NCBI GenBank assembly: GCA_963695545.1
Contig: OY968796.1
Coordinates: forward strand, 3,264,001-3,328,000
Origin: Terriglobia bacterium
GTDB lineage: Bacteria; Acidobacteriota; Terriglobia; Acidiferrales; UBA7541
Length of the DNA stretch: 64,000 nucleotides
Direction of reading: 5' to 3'
The notes beneath the pieces were generated by a model. The model searched no databases. It was not told where the DNA came from and was given only the letters and a program-made list of their open reading frames with translations. Position numbers and translations under genes: made by a program. This document shows, one piece after another, positions 49,425 through 59,580 of this stretch (the stretch's first letter is position 1; every line of letters starts with the position of its first letter).

Positions 49425-50330
49425 GTGCGCGCCCTTTCGCGCGCCATCACCGCAATCGAAAATCGCGATCCGGCCGCGCGCGATCTGCTCGCTCGTCTTT
49501 TTCCGTCCACCGGCGCGGCGTATTTGATCGGCTGCACCGGCGCCCCTGGCACGGGGAAAAGCACTCTGGTCGATCGCCTTGCGACGCATTATCGTAAAGC
49601 GGGCGAAACCGTCGGCGTGATCGCCGTCGATCCGACCAGCCCATTCACCGGCGGCGCGATTCTCGGAGATCGCATTCGCATGCAAGGCCACGCCGGCGAT
49701 TCCGGAATTTTCATTCGTTCCATGGCCACACGCGGCCGTCTCGGTGGTTTGTCCGCCGCCACGGCCGATGCCGCGCTGCTTCTCGACGCGGCCGGCAAGC
49801 GCATCGTGCTCATTGAAACCGTCGGCGTCGGCCAGGATGAAGTAGACGTCGTTCGCCTTGCCGATTGCACCATCGTGCTTCTCGTCCCCGGCCTCGGCGA
49901 CGATGTGCAGAGTATGAAAGCCGGCCTCATGGAGGTCGCCGATATTTTCGTCGTGAACAAATCCGATTACGATGGTGCTGACCGCCTCGAGCAGCAAATC
50001 TCAGCGATGCTCGATCTTGCGCCCGATCCGAGCGCTTGGCGCCCGCCGATTGTGCACACCGTCGCGAGCGAAGGCCGCGGCGTAGAAGAGTTGGCCGAGG
50101 CCATCGCGCGTTTCCGCGCGCACACCGAAAAAAGCGCCGCGCGCGAATCTAGAAAAATCGAACACTGGAAACGTCGCCTCGTCGCCATGCTCGAATCGGA
50201 AATTAGCGAGCGTGTGCTCGAAACATCTCAGGGCGCGCAACAACTGGAATCGCTGGCACGCGAAGTAGCCGAGCGCCGCAAAGAGCCGTACACTGCGGTG
50301 CGCGAGCTCGCGACTCGCGCGGGACTCTAA
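49425..50330 (+). CDS. meaB: Methylmalonyl-CoA mutase-associated GTPase MeaB/ArgK
   Basis: GAPGTGKST, VDPTSPFTGGAILGDRIRM, ETVGVGQ, NKSD; true start probably upstream (see findings). Confidence 0.92.
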   Translation: MRALSRAITAIENRDPAARDLLARLFPSTGAAYLIGCTGAPGTGKSTLVDRLATHYRKAGETVGVIAVDPTSPFTGGAILGDRIRMQGHAGDSGIFIRSMATRGRLGGLSAATADAALLLDAAGKRIVLIETVGVGQDEVDVVRLADCTIVLLVPGLGDDVQSMKAGLMEVADIFVVNKSDYDGADRLEQQISAMLDLAPDPSAWRPPIVHTVASEGRGVEELAEAIARFRAHTEKSAARESRKIEHWKRRLVAMLESEISERVLETSQGAQQLESLAREVAERRKEPYTAVRELATRAGL

Positions 50331-50376
50331 CGGTGGCACAGAAATTGGTGCGCCGGATCTCTTGGAGAGCAGCCGA

Positions 50377-51216
50377 ATGCATTTGGGCGACCTCGAATTT
50401 CAAATCCTGACCGATGGCACATTCGGTCTCGACGGCGGCGCGATGTTCGGCGTCATCCCCAAGCCGCTTTGGGAAAAAGTTGCCCCCGCCGACGCGCGCA
50501 ACCGAATCCGCCTGGCCATGAATTGCCTCTTGATTCGCGCCGCGGGGAAATTGATTCTTGTCGAGACCGGCGCAGGCGACAAATGGAGTGTGAAGGAATG
50601 GGACATCTATAATTTCGAGACGTTGCGCCGCTTGCCCGATGCGCTCACCGCGGCCGGCGTGCGCCCGGTGGACATCGATTACGTCGTGAACACCCATCTG
50701 CATTTCGATCATTGCGGCTGGAACACGCGGCGCCAGGGCGATCGCGTTGTGCCGACATTTCCCAACGCGCGCTACGTCGTTCAGCGCGGCGCGTACGAGC
50801 ACGCCAAGGCGCCCACCGAGCGCGACCGCGCCAGTTTCCGCGCCGAAAATTTCGATCCGATCGAAGCCGCGGGGCAATGGCAATTCGTCGAAGGCGATAC
50901 GGAACTAGTTCCCGGTGTCGAACTGATTCGCGTGCAAGGCCACACTCCCGAGATGCAATGCGTGCGTCTCTCCGGCGGCGGTCGCTCTGCGTTTTTCTTC
51001 GCCGACCTTGTGCCCACCACGGTGCACTTGCCGCTTGCGTGGATCATGGGCTACGATCTTTTTCCGCTCAGCACTCTTGAATACAAAAAGCAGTGGATTC
51101 CGAAAGTGGCGCGCGAAGAAACGCTTGCTCTCTTCGCCCACGACGCCTCGACGCCCGCCGCGTGGTTGCGCGAAGACGGCGATCGCGTCCGCGCCGAGCC
51201 GGCCGAGATCGATTGA
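50377..51216 (+). CDS. MBL-fold metallo-hydrolase (YtnP-like)
   Basis: LDGGAMFGVIPKPLW, THLHFDHCG, GHT, WIMGYD. Confidence 0.9.
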   Translation: MHLGDLEFQILTDGTFGLDGGAMFGVIPKPLWEKVAPADARNRIRLAMNCLLIRAAGKLILVETGAGDKWSVKEWDIYNFETLRRLPDALTAAGVRPVDIDYVVNTHLHFDHCGWNTRRQGDRVVPTFPNARYVVQRGAYEHAKAPTERDRASFRAENFDPIEAAGQWQFVEGDTELVPGVELIRVQGHTPEMQCVRLSGGGRSAFFFADLVPTTVHLPLAWIMGYDLFPLSTLEYKKQWIPKVAREETLALFAHDASTPAAWLREDGDRVRAEPAEID

Positions 51217-51261
51217 AATCGAAGATGGATGTTCGCCGAAAGTAATTTGGGAGAATCGAAA

Positions 51262-51801
51262 ATGCAAACGCCGATAAGAAAGAGCATGCCACTCACGACG
51301 ACGACCACGACGAGAACAAAGCTGCTACTGGCGCTCGCTTTCGGAGCGATGGTCTGGGTCGTCGCAAACATTGCGCCGGCCCTGCGCGCCGACGCCGCAT
51401 CCGATGAAGTCCTTCACGCCGAGCAGGCGCGCACTGCGGCGCTGATCAGCGGAGATTTCGCCACGCTCGACAAATTGATGGCCGATGACGACACCTACGT
51501 TCACGCCAGCGGACAGAGCGATACAAAGCAAACCTATCTCGCCGCGCTCCATTCCGGGGTGCTCAGCTATCAACTTTGGCAGCCGCAGGAAATTCACGTG
51601 CGCATGTTGGGCGACGACGTCGCCGTGCTCAACGGAATTTACACCGTGCATGCGATGGATCACCGCGTGTCGAACGATCCGATTATCGTCGATCTTCATT
51701 TTCTGAGCGTGTACGCGCGCCGCGACGGCCGCTGGCAACAGGTCGCCTGGCAAACCACGCATCTTCCTGCGCCGGCCGCCGCGCCCGCCGCTTCAAAATG
51801 A
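51262..51801 (+). CDS. Secreted NTF2-like (DUF4440) protein
   Basis: Signal-like segment, YVHASG, VYARRDGRWQQVAWQTT; start uncertain. Confidence 0.8.
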   Translation: MQTPIRKSMPLTTTTTTRTKLLLALAFGAMVWVVANIAPALRADAASDEVLHAEQARTAALISGDFATLDKLMADDDTYVHASGQSDTKQTYLAALHSGVLSYQLWQPQEIHVRMLGDDVAVLNGIYTVHAMDHRVSNDPIIVDLHFLSVYARRDGRWQQVAWQTTHLPAPAAAPAASK

Positions 51802-51818
51802 CGGAGGTTCACTGACGC

Positions 51819-52745
51819 ATGCCCAAGCGCAAGTTGAAGACATCCGGCGCTAAAGCGGCGCCCGCAAAATCTGTCCGCGGCGCCACGCCCGCCCCGATCG
51901 GCATCATCGGCGGCAGTGGCCTTTACAATATTCCCGGTCTCGAAGATGCGCGCGAGCGTCGCGTGCGCACGCCATTCGGAGATCCGTCGGACGCGCTCGT
52001 CGTCGGCCGCCTCGAAGGCAAGCCCGTCGCGTTTCTCGCGCGGCACGGACGCGGCCATCGTTTCACGCCGTCGGAAATCAATTACCGCGCCAACATCTAC
52101 GCGATGAAACTCCTCGGAGTCGAGCGCCTGGTGTCCGTCAGCGCGGTCGGCTCGTTGCGCGAGGATTTGCGGCCGCTCGAATTTCTCGTTCCCGACCAGT
52201 TCTTCGATCGCACGCGGTTGCGCATCGCGACTTTTTTCGGACAGGGAATCGTCGCTCACGTCGCGTTCGATAAGCCGACGTGCCCCGAGGTTTCGGCCGT
52301 GGTGATCGAAGCGGGCGCCGAATCCGGCGTCACCATGCATCGCGGCGGCACCTACATCTGCATGGAGGGTCCGCAGTTCTCCACGCTCGCGGAAGCCCAC
52401 GTGAACCGTCAGTTGCGCTTTGACGTCGTCGGCATGACCAACCTCACCGAAGCCAAGCTCGCGCGCGAAGCCGAGCTGTGCTACTCGACGATGGCCATGA
52501 TCACCGACTACGATTGTTGGCATCCGGAACACGACTCCGTCACGATTACCGACATCATCTCCAACCTCACGAAAAACGCCGAAGCGGCGCAACGCATCCT
52601 GCGCGCGGTGGTTCGTTCGATGCCGGCGATGCGCGCCTGCCGTTGCGGCCAGGCGCTGAAGCACGCTATCGTCACCGATCCAAAGCTCGTTCCACCGGCA
52701 GCGCGAAAGCGTCTTGCCGCCATCGTCGGAAAATATCTGGGCTGA
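51819..52745 (+). CDS. mtnP: S-methyl-5'-thioadenosine phosphorylase
   Basis: IGIIGGSGLY, FLARHG, MEGPQFSTLAE, VGMTNLTE, TDYDCW. Confidence 0.92.
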   Translation: MPKRKLKTSGAKAAPAKSVRGATPAPIGIIGGSGLYNIPGLEDARERRVRTPFGDPSDALVVGRLEGKPVAFLARHGRGHRFTPSEINYRANIYAMKLLGVERLVSVSAVGSLREDLRPLEFLVPDQFFDRTRLRIATFFGQGIVAHVAFDKPTCPEVSAVVIEAGAESGVTMHRGGTYICMEGPQFSTLAEAHVNRQLRFDVVGMTNLTEAKLAREAELCYSTMAMITDYDCWHPEHDSVTITDIISNLTKNAEAAQRILRAVVRSMPAMRACRCGQALKHAIVTDPKLVPPAARKRLAAIVGKYLG

Positions 52746-52785
52746 CGATTCACTGCAGCCGCTTGCACCAAGGAGGATTTCCCTC

Positions 52786-53694
52786 GTGTCTCTTCTCGTA
52801 GTGGGATCGGTCGCTTACGACGCGATCGAAACGCCGTTCGGCAAGGTCGAGCGGACGCTCGGCGGCGCGGCCACGTATTCCGCGGTCGCCGCGAGTCATT
52901 TCACGAAGGTGCATCTCGTCGGCGTTGTCGGCGATGATTTCAGCGCCGCCGATTCCGACGTGCTCACCTCGCGACGGATCGATATCGCCGGCCTCGAGCG
53001 CGCCGCCGGCAAAAGTTTCTTCTGGTCCGGCCGCTACAGCGAGAATTTCAACGAGCGCACCACGCTGGTCACGGAGCTCAATGTCTTCGCGGATTTTCGT
53101 CCGAAATTGCCGGAGCATTATCGCGATTCGCCTTACATTTTTCTCGCCAACATCGATCCGACGCTGCAGCGCGATGTCTTGAAACAAGTCCGCCGCAAAC
53201 CCAAGCTCGTGACGCTCGACACCATGAATTATTGGATCGAGCGCACTCCCGACGAACTGCGCGAAACGTTGCGGCACACCAACGTCCTGATGATCAACGA
53301 TTCCGAAACGCGTCAACTCTCCAGCGAACATAATTTGCTCCGCGCCGCGCGCCATATTTTTAAACTCGGCCCGCGCACGCTGGTCATCAAGCGCGGCGAG
53401 TACGGCGCCATGATGGTCCACGAAGGGAAAGCGTTTTGCGTCCCCGCGTTTCCTCTCGAAGAAGTGAACGATCCCACCGGCGCCGGCGATAGTTTTGCCG
53501 GCGGCTTCATGGGCTATCTCGCCGGCCGCGGCCGCGCCACAACCGAAGACCTGAAGCGCGCCATGGTCTACGGTTCCGTGATGGGCAGCTTCGCCGTCGA
53601 GCAATTCGGCCTCGATCGCTTGCGCCGCGTCACGCGGCGCGAAATCAACGTACGCGCCAAGCATTTCGCTCGCCTCACGCAGTTCACTCTCTAG
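52786..53694 (+). CDS. PfkB-family carbohydrate/nucleoside kinase
   Basis: VVGSVAYD, LGGAATY, DPTGAGDSFAGG; AAGGAGG RBS. Confidence 0.9.
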   Translation: MSLLVVGSVAYDAIETPFGKVERTLGGAATYSAVAASHFTKVHLVGVVGDDFSAADSDVLTSRRIDIAGLERAAGKSFFWSGRYSENFNERTTLVTELNVFADFRPKLPEHYRDSPYIFLANIDPTLQRDVLKQVRRKPKLVTLDTMNYWIERTPDELRETLRHTNVLMINDSETRQLSSEHNLLRAARHIFKLGPRTLVIKRGEYGAMMVHEGKAFCVPAFPLEEVNDPTGAGDSFAGGFMGYLAGRGRATTEDLKRAMVYGSVMGSFAVEQFGLDRLRRVTRREINVRAKHFARLTQFTL

Positions 53695-53796
53695 CGTCAT
53701 GCCGCGCGCGCCGCGGCGCGGGCGAGCAAGCCGGCGTTGTATACTCCGGCGTTCCGCTCGTGCGCGGGTTCGGATTAGAACCCGCGGCAATGAAAC

Positions 53797-54747
53797 ATGA
53801 CGCGTCCACACAAACCGCCCGCCCTCGCTCCCGGCAGCGTCGTCACGCTGGTGTCGCCCGGGTCTCCGGCCGACGCGCGTTCGATCGCGCGCGGCACGGC
53901 TGAGCTGCGCCGGCTGGGATGGACGCCGCGCCGCGTCGCACTGAAGGAGCGGCCCGATGGTTACTTTGCCGCGTCGGCTCGCGGGCGCGCCGCGGAAATG
54001 TTATCGGCGCTGCGCACCGCGCGAACGGACGCTGTGATCTGCGTGCGCGGCGGCTACGGCAGCGCCGAGATTCTCGAAGCGCTCGCGAGCGCGCGCGGCC
54101 TGCACCCCAAACTTCTCATCGGCTTTAGCGACATCACCTCCGTACAAGTTTTTCTCTGGCAACGGCTCGGTTGGGTCACGTTGTATGGCCCGATGGCCGC
54201 CGCTGGATTTGATGGCCGCGCGGAAAAGCGGCATGGGTACGCCGCCGCATCGCTTGTGAGCGCCGTGAGTGTCACGCGCGGCGGCTGGCGAATTCCGCTC
54301 GAAGGCCGTACGCTTGTTCGCGGATCGGCGACCGGGCGCCTGCTCGGCGGCTGCGTGACTCTGCTTGAGACCACGCTCGGAACGCCGTGGGAATTCGATG
54401 CGCGCGGCGCGATTCTGCTGCTTGAAGATCGCGGCGTGCGTCCGTACCAACTCGATCGCATGCTCTTGCATTTTCGCCAAGCCGGAAAATTCAAAGGCGT
54501 GCGCGGCATGGTGCTCGGCGAATTTCCGGACGCCGGCTCTTCGCGCGCGGGCGTGACGATCATCGACGTGTGTCGACGTCGCCTAGGCGATCTCGGCGTG
54601 CCGATCGTTTTCGGCGCGCCTATCGGCCACACGCCGCGTGCCATGCTTACGATTCCTCTCGGCGTGCGCGCGCGGCTTGATGCATTAGGCGAAGGGCGCC
54701 TCGATATTCTGGAACCGGCGGTTGCGGCGCGCGAGAAAAAGAAATGA
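53797..54747 (+). CDS. ldcA: LD-carboxypeptidase (S66)
   Basis: RGGYGS, IGFSDIT, LLLED, IGH; next to mpl. Confidence 0.88.
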   Translation: MTRPHKPPALAPGSVVTLVSPGSPADARSIARGTAELRRLGWTPRRVALKERPDGYFAASARGRAAEMLSALRTARTDAVICVRGGYGSAEILEALASARGLHPKLLIGFSDITSVQVFLWQRLGWVTLYGPMAAAGFDGRAEKRHGYAAASLVSAVSVTRGGWRIPLEGRTLVRGSATGRLLGGCVTLLETTLGTPWEFDARGAILLLEDRGVRPYQLDRMLLHFRQAGKFKGVRGMVLGEFPDAGSSRAGVTIIDVCRRRLGDLGVPIVFGAPIGHTPRAMLTIPLGVRARLDALGEGRLDILEPAVAAREKKK

Positions 54748-56186
54748 CGACGACACCACGGACGCAGCGCGTGCACATGATCGGCATCGGCGGCTCGGCC
54801 ATGGCCGCCGTGGCGGGCCTTTTGGCGGAGCGCGGTTTCAAAGTCACCGGCTCCGACGTCGGCGTGTATCCGCCGGCCTCGACGCTGCTTGAAACGCTGG
54901 GCATTCGCTGGAGCAACGGTTTCGCCGCGGCGAATCTCGAACCGCGGCCGGATTGGGTCGTCGTCGGCAATGCGGTGTCGCGCGGCAATCCCGAAGTCGA
55001 GGCGATGCTCGACGCGCATCTGCCGTATCGTTCGCTGCCGCAGGTACTCGAGGAATTCTTCATCCCGGGCCACGATTCGATCGTGGTCACCGGAACGCAT
55101 GGCAAGACCACGACCACTTCGCTCCTCGCCTGGATCTTTGAAGTCGCAGGGCGGAAGCCGAATTTCCTCGTCGGCGGCATCGCCGAGAATTTCGGTCGCA
55201 GCTACGGACTCGGCGGCGGCGAGGAAATTATTCTCGAAGGCGACGAATACGATTCCGCATTTTTCGATAAGGCTCCAAAATTCCTGCACTATCATCCCGA
55301 CGAACTGATCGTCACCTCGCTTGAATTCGATCACGCTGATATCTATGCCGATCTCGCCGCCATCGAGCTTCAGTTCCGCCGCCTCGTGAATCTTGTTCCG
55401 CGCCGCGGGCGCATTGTGGCGTGGGGAGAGAGCCCGACGGTTGCCGCAGCCGTCAGCAAAGCGTTCTGCCCGGTTGAAACCTACGGTTTTGGCGCGGACA
55501 CCGATTGGACCGCGGGCGATATTGAAGTGGTTGACGGCGCCACAGAATTTCGCATCGCGCGGCGCGGCAGGGAAGTGGCGCGGATTCGCTCGCCGCTCGC
55601 GGGACCCCACAATGTTTTGAACTCTGTCGCTGCGGCGGCCATCGCGCTGGGCCGTGGCGCGGAGCGCCAAGCGGTGGAAGATGCGCTCGGTAGTTTCCGA
55701 AATGTTTTGCGGCGCCTGGAAGTGAAGGGCGAGGCAGACGGCGTGCTGATCGTCGATGATTTTGCGCATCATCCCACCGCCATTCGCGCGACGATTGAAG
55801 CGGCGCGCACGCGCTGGCCGGGCCGCAAGTTATGGGCGATCTTCGAGCCGCGATCGAACACTATGCGCCGCCGCGCGGTGGAGGACGATCTCGCCGCCGC
55901 GCTTGCGACGGCCGACGTTGCGATTCTCGGCGCGGTGCACCGGCAGCAGTTGTTGGCTGACGGCGAGCGTCTTTCGCCGGAGCGTGTTCTCGCTGCGGTG
56001 CGCGCTGCCGGGAAAACGGGCGAAGCGTTCGATTCGGCGGAAGAAATCGCCGAATTTCTCGCGGAGAAAGCCCAGCCGAATGATTTGGCCTTGGTAATGT
56101 CAAACGGCAGCTTCGACGGACTCTGCAATCTTCTGCTGCAAGAATTATCGGAGCGCGCATCGGCGAAGCGAGTCCATCGAACATGA
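54744..56186 (+). CDS. mpl: UDP-MurNAc:tripeptide ligase (peptidoglycan recycling)
   Basis: GIGGSAM, VYPP, GTHGKTTT, EGDEYDSAFFDK, DDFAHHPTAI, FEPRSNTM, MSNG. Confidence 0.92.
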   Translation: MTTTPRTQRVHMIGIGGSAMAAVAGLLAERGFKVTGSDVGVYPPASTLLETLGIRWSNGFAAANLEPRPDWVVVGNAVSRGNPEVEAMLDAHLPYRSLPQVLEEFFIPGHDSIVVTGTHGKTTTTSLLAWIFEVAGRKPNFLVGGIAENFGRSYGLGGGEEIILEGDEYDSAFFDKAPKFLHYHPDELIVTSLEFDHADIYADLAAIELQFRRLVNLVPRRGRIVAWGESPTVAAAVSKAFCPVETYGFGADTDWTAGDIEVVDGATEFRIARRGREVARIRSPLAGPHNVLNSVAAAAIALGRGAERQAVEDALGSFRNVLRRLEVKGEADGVLIVDDFAHHPTAIRATIEAARTRWPGRKLWAIFEPRSNTMRRRAVEDDLAAALATADVAILGAVHRQQLLADGERLSPERVLAAVRAAGKTGEAFDSAEEIAEFLAEKAQPNDLALVMSNGSFDGLCNLLLQELSERASAKRVHRT

Positions 56187-57754
56187 AGCGGTTGCGCCGT
56201 TCGCTGCGCCTTGCTCACTTGCTTCGCGTGGCCACTGGCATGGCGTTGTTTTGCTGCGTCGCGCCTCCGGCACACGCCACTATCTCCTACAAAGTTTCCC
56301 TCGCGAATCGCGATCAGCACCGCTTTCACGTCACAATGACTGTGCCGAACGCGACGGGGCAAGTGACTGTGCGCATGGCGGCGTGGAACGCGCTCTATCA
56401 GATTCGCGATTTCGCCTATCGCGTTAGTTCGCTCGCAGCTCGCGATGATTCCGGACCCGCCGCTACCGTGAAGACCGACAAGGAAACCTGGTCGATCACG
56501 GCGCACGGAACGCTGACGGTGGAATACGACACGGAGTGGAACGATTCGGGTCCATTCGCCTGCCAACTGGACACGAGCCACGCCTTCATCAATCCCGCGA
56601 TGATTCTGATGTACGTGCCCGAGCGGCGCGGCGAGGACGCGCGCATCGCATTCACCGATGCGCCCGCGAACTGGCACATCGCCGTGGAACTGCCTGAAGC
56701 GGCGGATGGCGGCGGGCACGCATTCACGGCGGCGGACTTCGACGCGCTGGCCGACGCGCCGTTCGATATCGGGACGTTTGACGAGTTCACGTTCCAAGCC
56801 GGCGGGCGGCCGATTCGCGTGGCGATTTCGGGGCGCGGATGGAAGCGCGATCAATTGACCGACATTCTGACGCGCATCGTGAACAACGAAGTGGCGATGA
56901 TGGGCGGCGCTCCGTTCCGCGAATATCTTTTCGAGTTTCATATCGGCGAAGGCTGGGGCGGCGGCATGGAGCACATGAACTCGACGTCGATATTTGTCGC
57001 CAACATGGGGCAGCTCCCCGGCGTTTCGGCGCACGAGTTGTTCCACGCGTGGAACGTTAAACGCATTCGCCCCGCCTCGCTCGAGCCGCTGGACGACACG
57101 CGCGAGATGTATACGCGCGCGCTGTGGTTCGCCGAAGGCGTCACGAACACGTACGAGGACTACGTGATGGTGCGCACGGGGCTGTGGGACAAAGCCCAGC
57201 TGTACGATGAGATCGCGCAGCGGATCGGCGAGATCGAATCACGGCCGGCGCACGTTTGGCAGAGCGCGGAACAATCGAGCCTCGATGCGTGGTTCGAGAA
57301 GTACGACCTCTACAACCAAGGCGACTTCAGCGTTTCGTACTACGACAAGGGCGAACTGCTTGGGCTGCTGCTCGATATCGAGATGCGCGAAGCGTCGAAC
57401 GATCGCGTGGGCCTCGATGACTTGATGCGCGCGATGAATGCGGATTTCGCGATGAAGCATCGCTACTACAACGATTCGGTCGATATCCGCGCGACGGCGG
57501 AAGAAGTTTTGCGGCAAGCGGGCGTCACGGGCGCGGCGGCGGATCTTGGTCCTTTCTTCGCGAAGTACGTGGCCGGCGTGGCGGAGATTCCGTTCGCGGA
57601 TTTTCTGGCTGATGCCGGGCTTGCGCTTGAACCGAGTTCGCATAACTCGCCGCCCGGCTATCGCATCGTCGAAATGAGCACTCCCTCCGATCTTCAATTG
57701 CGCATTCGCAATTCAATTCTTTCGGGGAGCACGGCGCCAATCGCGGCCCATTGA
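56183..57754 (+). CDS. M61-family metallopeptidase (secreted)
   Basis: GGGMEHMNS, HELFHAWNVKRIRP, LWFAEGVT, YYDKG. Confidence 0.88.
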   Translation: MKRLRRSLRLAHLLRVATGMALFCCVAPPAHATISYKVSLANRDQHRFHVTMTVPNATGQVTVRMAAWNALYQIRDFAYRVSSLAARDDSGPAATVKTDKETWSITAHGTLTVEYDTEWNDSGPFACQLDTSHAFINPAMILMYVPERRGEDARIAFTDAPANWHIAVELPEAADGGGHAFTAADFDALADAPFDIGTFDEFTFQAGGRPIRVAISGRGWKRDQLTDILTRIVNNEVAMMGGAPFREYLFEFHIGEGWGGGMEHMNSTSIFVANMGQLPGVSAHELFHAWNVKRIRPASLEPLDDTREMYTRALWFAEGVTNTYEDYVMVRTGLWDKAQLYDEIAQRIGEIESRPAHVWQSAEQSSLDAWFEKYDLYNQGDFSVSYYDKGELLGLLLDIEMREASNDRVGLDDLMRAMNADFAMKHRYYNDSVDIRATAEEVLRQAGVTGAAADLGPFFAKYVAGVAEIPFADFLADAGLALEPSSHNSPPGYRIVEMSTPSDLQLRIRNSILSGSTAPIAAH

Positions 57755-57781
57755 CGGGCTAACGGCAACGCCAGGGCAAAG

Positions 57782-57808
57782 GCTGCCAGCCTGAAGGCTG
57801 GCGCTACA
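57782..57808 (-). repeat. GTAG-type REP-like hairpin
   Basis: Minus strand TGTAGC-GCCAGCC-TTCA-GGCTGGC-AGC, between convergent genes. Confidence 0.65.
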
Positions 57809-57838
57809 AAATTCAAAAGCCAGTCACAAATATTCCAG

Positions 57839-58888
57839 TCAACGTCCTGTGGATTTCGCTGTTAATTTATCGACCTGGGCGCGAAGCTCGCGCACGGTGC
57901 GCACCAGGTCGGGCAGGCTTTTTAGCGCGACGGAACTTTTCATCCAGAGTTTGTGATCCATCACGGGGGCGCCGGAAAGATAGGCGCCGGCGGGGACATC
58001 GTGGGCGACGCCGCTTTGCGGCGTGAGGATCGCACCGTCGCCGATTTCAAGGTGGCCGGCGCAGCCGACTTGCCCGAGGAGCAGGCAATTTTTTCCGACG
58101 CGCGCGGAACCGGAAATGCCGACCTGGCCGCAGAGCAGCGTGTCGTCGCCGATTTCGGCGCCGTGACCGACCAGAGCAAGATCGTCAATCTTGACGCCGC
58201 GATGAATCAGGGTGCGGCCGACGGTGGCGCGATCGACGCAGGAATTGGCTTGGATCTCGACGTCGTCTTCGATTTCGGCGGGGCCAGTTTGGGGGATTTT
58301 TTGCCAGTGGCCGGCGGAATCTTTGGCGAAGCCGAAGCCATCGGCGCCGACGATCACGCCGTTTTGCAGAATTACCCGATTGCCGATTTTGCATGACTCG
58401 CGAATCACGGCGTGCGAATGCGCGAGGCAATCGTCGCCGATGCGCGCATCGCGATAGACGGTGACGAAACTGTGAAGCACGGTGTTGCGGCCGATCACGG
58501 CACCTTCGTCGACGAAGCAGTAGGGGCCGATGTGCGATCCTTCGCCGATGCGCGCTGTGGATGCGACGACGGCGGTCGGATGAATGCCCGGGGCGTAGCG
58601 CGGAGCGGGATGGAAGAATCCGAGAGCGCGCGCGAAATCGAGATAGGGATTCGCGGAGCGCAGTAGGGCAAGCGGCGGCAAGCCCGAGTCGCGGTCGACG
58701 CGCTCGTCGTCAGCGAGGATCACGGCGGCGGCGCGGGTGGAGCGCAGGGCGGCGCGATATTTCGGATTCGAGAGAAACGTGATTTGGCCGGGGCCGGCTG
58801 TTTCGAGTCCGGTGGCGGACGAGATCTCGATTTCCGGATCGCCTTCGATCCGGCATTGCAGGCGCTGTGCGAGGTCGCGCAGTTTCAT
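57839..58888 (-). CDS. lpxD: UDP-3-O-acyl-glucosamine N-acyltransferase
   Basis: ITFLSNPKY, NPYLDFA, hexapeptide repeats, GADGFGF, KIPQTG, KIDDL; AAGGAG RBS. Confidence 0.95.
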   Translation of the reverse strand: MKLRDLAQRLQCRIEGDPEIEISSATGLETAGPGQITFLSNPKYRAALRSTRAAAVILADDERVDRDSGLPPLALLRSANPYLDFARALGFFHPAPRYAPGIHPTAVVASTARIGEGSHIGPYCFVDEGAVIGRNTVLHSFVTVYRDARIGDDCLAHSHAVIRESCKIGNRVILQNGVIVGADGFGFAKDSAGHWQKIPQTGPAEIEDDVEIQANSCVDRATVGRTLIHRGVKIDDLALVGHGAEIGDDTLLCGQVGISGSARVGKNCLLLGQVGCAGHLEIGDGAILTPQSGVAHDVPAGAYLSGAPVMDHKLWMKSSVALKSLPDLVRTVRELRAQVDKLTAKSTGR

Positions 58889-59580
58889 GAGGCAATCTCC
58901 TTCAATCGTGGTTCGAGTCCGCCACGGCGGACAAAAATCGGTGCCAAGCATACCGCGCGAGCGGTGCCGGCGTCGCCATGGTCGGGCGTAGCGCGCGAGC
59001 TTGGCTGCGCATCCCGGCACGACCAACCAAGGGAGACGGCGCCGTGCGGAGGTGGTTTGTGGTCGAAGCGGAAATGGGCGCGGTTTGTTTGACAATAACT
59101 CCTGTTCCCCTATATACCCCCCTACCAAATACGTAAAATGCTGAACGCAAAGGGTTTCCAGGGAAAGAGTGCGCATGAGTGTGAAAACAAGGGAGTTTAA
59201 ACTCATGCGTTTGAGCGGGTTGCGCACTCTTTTTCACGGCCTTGAAAATAAACGGGTTGGAGGCGCACTTTTTTGCAAATGAGTGCGGATCCCTGTGGAG
59301 TTTTGCGGCGTTTCCCGTGCGCCGACGTTCGCACGGAGCGCTCGGCTTTAGTAGATTGCCTCGCGGAGCTGGGTCGGGCGGGAAGAACGGGCGAACGCGA
59401 GCCGTGGAGATGGATTGTCCGAGAGTCATGCATGAGCCTAGCACAGCAGATGCACACACGTCAATATAATTAATGAGTTATTCGAATAGGATGGGTAGAA
59501 AGGTGCCGGAGTTTTCGAATGACGGGAACGATGAGACGTTGTGAATCGGGCAGATTTGGCATCGGAGGCGGAGGCAAAAT

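Noticed and set aside
51295..51312. ACG trinucleotide run as a phase-variation tract
   Set aside because: Short, imperfect and in frame; only changes a poly-Thr stretch.
58889..59227. 113-aa N-terminal extension of LpxD
   Set aside because: A good RBS precedes ATG 58888, and the extension runs through repeat DNA.
59100..59290. Possible CRISPR array
   Set aside because: Units are degenerate, partly abutting, with no unique spacers and no cas genes.
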